A stretch of 64,000 nucleotides of DNA from assembly GCA_965262715.1 (NCBI GenBank), contig OZ253553.1:512001-576000 (forward strand), read 5' to 3'. The DNA comes from Bdellovibrionales bacterium. GTDB taxonomy: Bacteria; Bdellovibrionota; Bdellovibrionia; Bdellovibrionales; JAUICD01. Below the pieces are notes generated by a model, which saw nothing but the letters and a program-made list of their open reading frames with translations, ran no database searches and was not told where the DNA came from. The translations under genes and the position numbers were made by a program. Below, in pieces: positions 1 through 8,063 of this stretch. Position 1 is the first letter of the stretch. Each line of letters starts with the position of its first letter.

Positions 1-108
1 AATTAAGTGCTTATACAAATCACAAAATGTTTGCTAGGGAGTTTACTATCACTCAATTGATAATTAGTTGTGACCAACTATCAATTAGGTGATAATTAGT
101 TCTTGCAT
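1..108. repeat. Dispersed repeat, upstream region of the AAA ATPase gene; other copies at 5298-5374 and 7912-7988
   Basis: aattaagtgcttatacaaatcacaaaat...ttcttgcata recurs at 5298 and 7912, with a 31-bp deletion between two tgataattagtt repeats. Confidence 0.85.
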
Positions 109-137
109 ATTATTTCAAGAGTGTTACTCTTACGAAT

Positions 138-1328
138 ATGAGTGGAATAAAAGAGAGGTATTTAAAGTTTGTTATTCAGAAGGACGCCCTTAAGCGGAAG
201 AAAATGGCTTTTGTAAGCGGTCCTCGTCAAGTGGGAAAGACCATACTCGGCAAAAGCTTACTTCAATCAGAAGAAAACTATTTTTCATGGGATCATGTTC
301 ACTTTCGTAAGATGTGGCTTCGTCGGCCTCAAGGTATTCTTACAGAGATCAAAGATGGACCAATAGTTTTTGATGAGCTTCACAAGCATATAAGGTGGAA
401 ATCTCATTTAAAAGGTTTGTATGATACTTACAAAGAGGAAATAGAAATTATTGTAATAGGTTCTGCTCGTCTTGATATTTATAGAAAAGGCAATGACAGT
501 CTGCTTGGCAGATATTTTCCTTATCGCCTACATCCTTTTTCTGTTGCAGAGGGTTTGCAATCTCCTTCTCCAGATCAAATTTTCCGCAGCAAATCTCGTA
601 TATCATATCCATGGAAGGACCTCATGTTTTTAGGAGGTTTTCCAGAGCCTCTTTTAACAGGCAGGGAAAAAGAAGCTGAACGCTGGTCTCGCTTGCGGTT
701 AGACAGGTTAGTTTTTGAAGACACTCGTGATATAAAAAACATCTCTAACTTGAATGCCTTTCAAACACTATTGGATTTAATTCCAGAAAGAGTTGGTTCT
801 TTGTTTTCTTACAATGCTCTTTGTGAGGATATACAGGTGGCATATGCTACATCCCGTCAGTGGGTTTTGTTATCAGAGACATTATATTATGGATTTTTTG
901 TACGTCCTTATGCTAAGAAACTTAAAAGCTCTATACACAGTATGCCTAAATATTATCTGTATGACATTTTACAAATCCATAAGAAAAATATAAGTCAAAG
1001 GTTAGAAAACTTAACAGCCTTACACCTTTTAAAAGCTGTGCAGTTTTGGACAGATACAGCGCAAGGGTTTTTTCAATTACATTTTATTAGGGATAAAAAG
1101 AAAAGGGAGGTTGATTTTTTAATCACAAGAGATAAAGTCCCTTGGATGCTTGTTGAGTGCAAATCAGGCTCTAAGACACCATCACCTCATTTAAGCTATT
1201 ATGCTGAAAAATTAGGGACTACTCGTAACTACCAGCTTGTGGAAGATGGATCTTATGATAGAAAGTATCGTATAAAACCTTCCGTCAGAGTTTTAAGTTA
1301 TCAAAAATTCTTTTCTCATTTTGTTTAA
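138..1328 (+). CDS. AAA+ ATP-binding protein (AAA_14 + DUF4143 type)
   Basis: Walker A GPRQVGKT, Walker B FDELHK, GS motif, GGFPE, C-terminal REVDF...VECK nuclease-like motif; 396 aa. Confidence 0.85.
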   Translation: MSGIKERYLKFVIQKDALKRKKMAFVSGPRQVGKTILGKSLLQSEENYFSWDHVHFRKMWLRRPQGILTEIKDGPIVFDELHKHIRWKSHLKGLYDTYKEEIEIIVIGSARLDIYRKGNDSLLGRYFPYRLHPFSVAEGLQSPSPDQIFRSKSRISYPWKDLMFLGGFPEPLLTGREKEAERWSRLRLDRLVFEDTRDIKNISNLNAFQTLLDLIPERVGSLFSYNALCEDIQVAYATSRQWVLLSETLYYGFFVRPYAKKLKSSIHSMPKYYLYDILQIHKKNISQRLENLTALHLLKAVQFWTDTAQGFFQLHFIRDKKKREVDFLITRDKVPWMLVECKSGSKTPSPHLSYYAEKLGTTRNYQLVEDGSYDRKYRIKPSVRVLSYQKFFSHFV

Positions 1329-1387
1329 GAATATATCTATCTTATTTTTAATCTCTTCTGGTTTCTAGGATATGTTGATATTTTATT

Positions 1388-1595
1388 AGAAGCGGTCTCA
1401 AAAATGAAAATATAAGAAGTTGTCCTGTTTCCCTAAAAATGAACTGGCCTCTCGAGGCGAGCCTCTGGCCATTTTTGGACAATCAGCCTGAAGACTTACA
1501 TCTTCAAGAAAATGCTGATTGTCTCAAAAACCTGTTCATTTTTAGGAAGGAGATTCTCTTCGTTTTTTTACATGATGTTAAGGAAATTGTTTCTG
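1388..1595 (+). repeat. R1 family structured hairpin / MITE-like repeat
   Basis: agaagcggtctcaaaaat terminus; aaaaatgaac/gttcattttt and gacaatcagc/gctgattgtc stems; gcctctcgaggc insert; ttacatgatgttaagg tail shared with other copies. Confidence 0.75.
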
Positions 1596-1758
1596 AAAAC
1601 TTGGTTACTTTTTAACAAATTACCAATAAACTTAAAGTTGTCCTGTTGAGAGACAGATATTTTATCAATTCGCAACAAGTTTATAAATTTCTGAACTTAA
1701 ATGTTGTCTTAATACTAGACTAGATAGTCCAGTGTCTTAATGATTTCAGCTACTTAGC

Positions 1759-1922
1759 AGTGTAACTTACGTACATAAGTTACAGTCCTGTAACCTTAAA
1801 ATCATTGATGTTTTTGGCCATTTTCCATACCAATGACCGTCAATGAAAACCTCATTCTCTTATCCTATATCGGTAGTTATTTCAATAACTTAATACTGTA
1901 ACTTTTGTACGTAAGTTACAGT
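1759..1922. other. Pair of inverted 28-bp 11-6-11 palindromic sites (1759-1786, 1895-1922); candidate invertible segment
   Basis: agtgtaactta-cgtaca-taagttacagt and actgtaacttt-tgtacg-taagttacagt; the two spacers are reverse complements. Confidence 0.6.
1867..1893 (-). promoter_or_regulatory. Putative sigma28 (FliA)-type promoter inside the candidate invertible segment
   Basis: Minus strand TTAA-N15-ACCGATAT resembles the FliA consensus TAAA-N15-GCCGATAA. Confidence 0.45.
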
Positions 1923-2154
1923 CCAGTTGAGCTAAAAAGCAGCCTTTTGGCTTGGTATTTAAGGTTTTCATTTTTGATATTCTTGGTCATCTTTCCTTTC
2001 AATTTATGCGCTTTGAGAAGACATATAATAAAAGAAAAATGATATAGAAAGTTAAATTTTTTATTATCTCAAATAATATTTATTTTTTGTTAATTAGAGA
2101 GTTTTTTATCATGAAGATGTTTTTAGTAAGTATGATTGGTGAAAGATATAATAT

Positions 2155-5100
2155 GTGATGTTAAAGTGGGAGATAGTTATTGTGGCACCGTTTTTTCAAA
2201 GGATAAATTGTCTTACTTCTAAAATTGATTCTTCAGTTAGCCTCAAACTATTTAACTATTTAAAAAAGACAATCACCTCTCCTAATTCCTTTAGTATAGG
2301 AATCAAATTCTATGCTCATTCTCGTGAGAGAGGAATGATGCTGGTAGAAGTTATCTTAATAGCTGTTTTTTTAGTTGCAACAGTAACAGGAGTTGCTTAT
2401 TTCTTTGCTCAAACAAAGACGACTATGAGTTCTTCTTCTCAGGTTATGGAATGTCAATTTATTGTAAAGCAGGCTCTAGAAAATGCCGTTTCACTAGGCA
2501 CAAGACTTTATGGCTATAAAATAAAACATCACAATCCCAACTTAAGATATGATCCTTTGTTTATAACCAAAAATGCAAAGGCTTATGATGTGGACGATAA
2601 TATAAAAAGTACCGGAAGGGGAAGTCAGTTGAACTTCCCTCCTCATATGTACCAAAGTCTTTATAAGAATCTTGTAGGGATGGATATATCTACACCTATA
2701 AAAGTCAGTCCTGAAACCAATACAGGAAAAATTCTTATCAGCGATAAAAGTTTACATCCCATTGAAATATCTACTTCCACATTGATTGTTAATTCTATCA
2801 ACGCTTTGCAATATCTTTACAACTCTGATCCTGATTATTCCATGAATAATGGTAAAAATGTAAGTTCTTCTATTTATAAGAAATACGAAGAACGATTTAA
2901 ACTAGATAATATGCAGTTTTATGTGAAGATCACACCTGTAAAAGATACTACTGTTTTGAGTGTAAGACCTATTTTAACTCGACCGCGTTTTCCCCAAAAT
3001 TCTAATGCTATCTCTTCAGATCTAACAATATTAGGAGAGGTGGATATTGGATTTGAAGTGAAAGCCCAATTAGAATATCAAACAAATCAGCAGAACTTTT
3101 CTTGTGATGCAAAGCGAAGATTCAATCATCAGATGACAGGAGAAAGTGGAAACCCTAAAGCTTTAGATGTCACTTTAAGTGGTTTAAAAAATGGAGCTGG
3201 TAAAGATTTTCTACAAGATGCAAGTTTAGTAAAGACATCTTGTGACACATACGGTGGTGGATATAAAGATATAACTGTGACATTGGATTTCAACACAGTG
3301 ACAGAAAGTCCTCAAATAGGAACTGTGATTTTATGTCAGATGAACTCTTACTGTAGAAGTGAAGGGGATGATGGTGATTACACTCATCTTGGAACAACCT
3401 GCACACCAGAGATGGGGCAATGGCAGAGATGTCATCACATTCAACCAAAAACAAATTCTGATCAGAGTTGGATATTTAAAGCTAAGTTAAAAGCTCAACA
3501 GGAATTAACATTGCAATTTCATGATATGAAAATCAATAGAAGGTATGATTTAAATATAGCTGAGTTTGCTATAGATGGGGAGAAAGTCAGAGAGCAAAAA
3601 GTTATATTTTATATAGATTCAGGCAGGAGACCTTATATAGATCTAGCTGATAGAAAAATCACAGACGATAATGTGGGACTACCTGATGATAATCAGAAAG
3701 GACGTAATTATAATGGACCTAACACTGATTGGAAGATCCCAACAGATGCACTTTCAGATGAATGGTTGCAATGCAATCAAAATGATGTGGACTTTGAAGC
3801 CACGTTAAAAGATCAATTCACTCATAATTTAAAAAATTGTGATACAGAAGGAATCAGAAAAGATGGTAATGGTGATAGCGTTATAACGGCTGATATAACA
3901 AATCACATCTCTGAGGGGCAATTTTGTAAAAGCACATTAGCTTCTATACAGCATGGAAGACAAACGATCACTTTCAAACCAAAAGACACTTGTGGATATG
4001 GAACCCCTAGAGATTTGGTATGGGATACAGATTTGCCAAGTACATTCGAGTCAAAAGGGTTTTTTGATGATAGTGATGAAGATCCTAATGATGGTGTGAT
4101 ATGGTTAAGAACACAGACAGGTTATCCCATAAAGACAAAGGTTCCAGTAAAGACAACATCTGGAAAATTTCCAAAACATTATTCTTTGGATTGCCAAGAT
4201 AAATATATAGGTAATGTAATGAGAGATGATGGCAATGGTGGGCCTTTAGTCTGTACTCTCACGAATGCTAATGCAAGTGATGCTGATGGAGCTAATCCTG
4301 GTGACCTTAGTATGAAATTTTATCACGTGTGTGGAACAAGTGAATGCACGGAGTCAAAATGGGCTGTTTACCCGCCGGTGGGTGGACCTTGTATAAATGT
4401 AGAATGTGAAGGCGGTTATATTTGTTGTAATGATTCACAAGGAGGAGATTGTGGAGGAGTCCAACATCAACAGTGTCAAGAAGACAAATGGCCACATGAA
4501 TGTGATGAGCCTCCTTGTGGATCAAATACTTCTGGTTTGGAGGGATGTCCTCCTTATGGGCTTTATGATTGTGGTTATGGTTATTGGCAGTGTGTAGGTC
4601 CTAAGGATGAGCATGGGCATAGGTATGATGATATTGACTGCTCATGTGCTACATCAGCAGGACCGAAATGTGGTAATGGTGGTAGTTTCGGTGTTGACCC
4701 TATGGATAAGACTGTTGTAACTTGTACAGGAGGAGGTTTTCCATCCATTGGAACAGGTTATCAGGTAGTCATCACTGCAGGAATAAGACCAAATCAAAGC
4801 TGCTCAAATTGTTTTGCTAAAAACTTAGACACAGGTAACCTTGAAGAACCTAAGTATAAATGTAGTACTTCTTTCTACAAGAGTTGTGGTTATAGTGATA
4901 ATCCACAACCATGTTCTTTTTTTCCTGGCTCTCACGCTTGTACAGGTGCACCAATGTGTCTAAGAGAGGGTTATGATCCAAATTCAGCAGATTGTCTTCG
5001 ATGGGATAGTCCTCAAGAAACAGTGTGTTTGGAAGCATGTCTTGAACGGGAAGACCCATATGAATTATTGTGTACAGGTAGCTTTATAGGAGGAAAATGT

Positions 5101-5187
5101 CAACCACCAGGAGGAGGTTGTAGTCCACGTCCACGTGGAGGTGGCGACAAAACCAAAGAAAAAGCCACTGACCGATCTGCTTGCTAG
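2155..5187 (+). CDS. Large type IV pilin-like (class III signal peptide) protein with Cys-rich C-terminal region; exact start uncertain
   Basis: ERG|MMLVEVILIAVFLVATVTGVAYFF prepilin motif at ~2326-2406; C-terminal ~300 aa very Cys/Gly/Pro rich. Confidence 0.7.
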   Translation: MMLKWEIVIVAPFFQRINCLTSKIDSSVSLKLFNYLKKTITSPNSFSIGIKFYAHSRERGMMLVEVILIAVFLVATVTGVAYFFAQTKTTMSSSSQVMECQFIVKQALENAVSLGTRLYGYKIKHHNPNLRYDPLFITKNAKAYDVDDNIKSTGRGSQLNFPPHMYQSLYKNLVGMDISTPIKVSPETNTGKILISDKSLHPIEISTSTLIVNSINALQYLYNSDPDYSMNNGKNVSSSIYKKYEERFKLDNMQFYVKITPVKDTTVLSVRPILTRPRFPQNSNAISSDLTILGEVDIGFEVKAQLEYQTNQQNFSCDAKRRFNHQMTGESGNPKALDVTLSGLKNGAGKDFLQDASLVKTSCDTYGGGYKDITVTLDFNTVTESPQIGTVILCQMNSYCRSEGDDGDYTHLGTTCTPEMGQWQRCHHIQPKTNSDQSWIFKAKLKAQQELTLQFHDMKINRRYDLNIAEFAIDGEKVREQKVIFYIDSGRRPYIDLADRKITDDNVGLPDDNQKGRNYNGPNTDWKIPTDALSDEWLQCNQNDVDFEATLKDQFTHNLKNCDTEGIRKDGNGDSVITADITNHISEGQFCKSTLASIQHGRQTITFKPKDTCGYGTPRDLVWDTDLPSTFESKGFFDDSDEDPNDGVIWLRTQTGYPIKTKVPVKTTSGKFPKHYSLDCQDKYIGNVMRDDGNGGPLVCTLTNANASDADGANPGDLSMKFYHVCGTSECTESKWAVYPPVGGPCINVECEGGYICCNDSQGGDCGGVQHQQCQEDKWPHECDEPPCGSNTSGLEGCPPYGLYDCGYGYWQCVGPKDEHGHRYDDIDCSCATSAGPKCGNGGSFGVDPMDKTVVTCTGGGFPSIGTGYQVVITAGIRPNQSCSNCFAKNLDTGNLEEPKYKCSTSFYKSCGYSDNPQPCSFFPGSHACTGAPMCLREGYDPNSADCLRWDSPQETVCLEACLEREDPYELLCTGSFIGGKCQPPGGGCSPRPRGGGDKTKEKATDRSAC

Positions 5188-5437
5188 CATTGTAACTCTA
5201 AGCAAAAATGCTGTTCTGGTGATTCTTACCCCAGCAATCCTAATTGCTCTTAAGCATTGAAGAGCTTGCCATCTGAGAAGTTCTCATAAGGTGAGTTAAT
5301 TAAGTGCTTATACAAATCACAAAATTTTTGCTAGGGGATTTACTATCATTCAATTGATAATTAGTTCTTGCATAGTTTGTTTAAGGATATACCTATGAAG
5401 CCATCTCAAAAGTACTGTTAAAGATATAAAGGTAAAT
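4659..5437. repeat. 779-bp direct repeat, left copy (long target-site duplication of the IS)
   Basis: Matches 7273-8051 at offset 2614; ends exactly at the IS left inverted repeat. Confidence 0.95.
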
Positions 5438-7272
5438 CCTGAGTTTGGCAGTTGAAAAAATAAAGTTGAATAATTTTAATTACTTAAAGGCGCATTGGAA
5501 TTTTGTGCCACTAGGTTTTTGTTTTGTGGTAGAGATTTAAGAGATTTTTTGTAGGTCTAAGTAGATTCTACTTTAAGTTGTTTTGATGGGATCTTTGCTC
5601 CTATAGCTTTAAATACATCAGCGTTATTGCCATAAATGTCTGTTCTTATCCAAATAGTTTTGTCTTTATATTTGACAGGTATAGCTCGTACTTCTTTCAG
5701 CTTTAACATAGCTTCTGCCACACTCAATGGCCTTGATTTTATTCTCTTATCTGTCCAATGAAACATAGGACGTGTTTTTAATGTACCCTTCAATTCTCTA
5801 AATGAATTCTCTATTTTCCATAACTGCTTATAGTTCATTATAATCTCTTCAGAACTTAAATTATCTGTATTTGTAATTATTCCAAAAAAACCATCTGTCC
5901 TCTCTGATTGTTCTATGGCTGACTTATTTAAAGTAGGTTTGCTTTTACTCTTAGGATGAACAATATACTTCTTATAATTACTATTAGATAAAAAAGATCT
6001 TGTGCTTATGGACTTCTTTGATAATTGAGCTTCTATTTTAGATAGAATATCTTCTCTTACTTTCTTATCTCGTTCTGCTCTCTTTCTCGACCAGGTAATT
6101 ATACAACGATCATTATTATAACTTGTCTCGTATATAGCTAAATCTTCATTTATAAATTTAAAATTCTTTAAATTGTATATCTCTGCATGACGATCCTTTA
6201 ATAAACCTAGCTTTAAACCTACTATAAATTCATCTCCCTTTGCTTTTAATGATTGGAGATTCTCATTAGAAAATAAACCTCTATCTCCTACTAATATAAA
6301 TCTTCTGATCTTAAACTTCTTTTTTAGCTTCTCCATAACTGAAGGTATGGTTTTACCTTCAAAGGTATTTCCAGGATAAACATCAAAGCCTAAGGGCATA
6401 CCTTCTGTATCTACTAAAAGTCCAAATACCACTTGTGTACAATCACTCCTCTTCTCTTTGCTATAACCAAATCTTCGAAGATTATCTAAATCCTCTCGGG
6501 TACTCTCAAATCTCAATGTCGTTAAATCATACAAAATAACATCACACTCATTGAAAAAACTTAACTGAGACTTACCTTGTGTATAAAGAGTCTTCTCTAT
6601 ATCTTCCTTATGCTTACTTAGAATATCTAAAGAACGATAAATATCATCGATCTTAAGATCCTTCTCTAAAAAATCAGGGTAAAATAACTTTTGCCAATGA
6701 GAATATAACTTTAACTTAGAACATGGCTCTATGAATCGATTCACAACCAATGTAAAAACTATCTTCATAAAATCAAATGAAACTTTAGGATGCTTCTGCT
6801 TCAAATCTGTTAATAATTCATAGAGGTTTAATTGTTTGAAAATAGTATCTATAATAAGTAAGGGGCCTAATATAAAAGTGTCTTTAACATCAATCTCTTT
6901 AGCTATTTCACTGGCAGATACAACATCTAAATGACGGCTTATAAGTTTAGATATGTCTTCTAATCGAGCATCTTTAGCCCGGCCTAAAGACATGAGGGTT
7001 CTGTGGTTACTTTTACCATCTTTCCAATAGCTTTCAGCTATGTGATAGTAAGTTTGGCCTCTGGAGTTTTTTGTCTTCTTTATGAACATAGAGATATACT
7101 AGAATATAAAAATAAAAAATCAAGTAAAATAAGCGTATAACGCAATGTATATATAAAGTTTGTTTCACTAGGTTTTTGACCAAAATTAAAAACCAATAAC
7201 TCCTAACTACTGTAAATAAAGCATTCCTTAAAAAAAATATCCCGAAAATTCAAATCAACTGCCAAACTCAGG
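5438..7272 (-). mobile_element. IS1634-family insertion sequence, 1835 bp, perfect 18-bp terminal inverted repeats
   Basis: cctgagtttggcagttga (5438-5455) / tcaactgccaaactcagg (7255-7272) flank a DDE transposase gene. Confidence 0.92.
5557..7089 (-). CDS. IS1634-family DDE transposase
   Basis: Motifs YDLTTLRFE, FGYSKEKRSD..QVV, GNTFE, GDRG, Y..LWKIENSFRELK...RPMFHW. Confidence 0.9.
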   Translation of the reverse strand: MFIKKTKNSRGQTYYHIAESYWKDGKSNHRTLMSLGRAKDARLEDISKLISRHLDVVSASEIAKEIDVKDTFILGPLLIIDTIFKQLNLYELLTDLKQKHPKVSFDFMKIVFTLVVNRFIEPCSKLKLYSHWQKLFYPDFLEKDLKIDDIYRSLDILSKHKEDIEKTLYTQGKSQLSFFNECDVILYDLTTLRFESTREDLDNLRRFGYSKEKRSDCTQVVFGLLVDTEGMPLGFDVYPGNTFEGKTIPSVMEKLKKKFKIRRFILVGDRGLFSNENLQSLKAKGDEFIVGLKLGLLKDRHAEIYNLKNFKFINEDLAIYETSYNNDRCIITWSRKRAERDKKVREDILSKIEAQLSKKSISTRSFLSNSNYKKYIVHPKSKSKPTLNKSAIEQSERTDGFFGIITNTDNLSSEEIIMNYKQLWKIENSFRELKGTLKTRPMFHWTDKRIKSRPLSVAEAMLKLKEVRAIPVKYKDKTIWIRTDIYGNNADVFKAIGAKIPSKQLKVEST

Positions 7273-7801
7273 AGGACCGAAATGTGGTAATGGTGGTAGT
7301 TTCGGTGTTGACCCTATGGATAAGACTGTTGTAACTTGTACAGGAGGAGGTTTTCCATCCATTGGAACAGGTTATCAGGTAGTCATCACTGCAGGAATAA
7401 GACCAAATCAAAGCTGCTCAAATTGTTTTGCTAAAAACTTAGACACAGGTAACCTTGAAGAACCTAAGTATAAATGTAGTACTTCTTTCTACAAGAGTTG
7501 TGGTTATAGTGATAATCCACAACCATGTTCTTTTTTTCCTGGCTCTCACGCTTGTACAGGTGCACCAATGTGTCTAAGAGAGGGTTATGATCCAAATTCA
7601 GCAGATTGTCTTCGATGGGATAGTCCTCAAGAAACAGTGTGTTTGGAAGCATGTCTTGAACGGGAAGACCCATATGAATTATTGTGTACAGGTAGCTTTA
7701 TAGGAGGAAAATGTCAACCACCAGGAGGAGGTTGTAGTCCACGTCCACGTGGAGGTGGCGACAAAACCAAAGAAAAAGCCACTGACCGATCTGCTTGCTA
7801 G
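7273..7801 (+). pseudogene. Duplicated 3' fragment of the Cys-rich pilin-like gene (ORF 7316-7801)
   Basis: The 161-aa ORF is identical to the last 161 aa of 2155-5187 and lies inside the direct repeat. Confidence 0.85.
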
Positions 7802-8051
7802 CATTGTAACTCTAAGCAAAAATGCTGTTCTGGTGATTCTTACCCCAGCAATCCTAATTGCTCTTAAGCATTGAAGAGCTTGCCATCTGAGAAGTTCTCA
7901 TAAGGTGAGTTAATTAAGTGCTTATACAAATCACAAAATTTTTGCTAGGGGATTTACTATCATTCAATTGATAATTAGTTCTTGCATAGTTTGTTTAAGG
8001 ATATACCTATGAAGCCATCTCAAAAGTACTGTTAAAGATATAAAGGTAAAT
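7273..8051. repeat. 779-bp direct repeat, right copy
   Basis: Matches 4659-5437; starts immediately after the right inverted repeat. Confidence 0.95.
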
Positions 8052-8063
8052 GGTTATTTTGCT

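Noticed and set aside
7316..7801. Independent 161-aa Cys-rich gene
   Set aside because: Exact copy of the 3' end of 2155-5187 created by the IS direct repeat; no signal peptide of its own.
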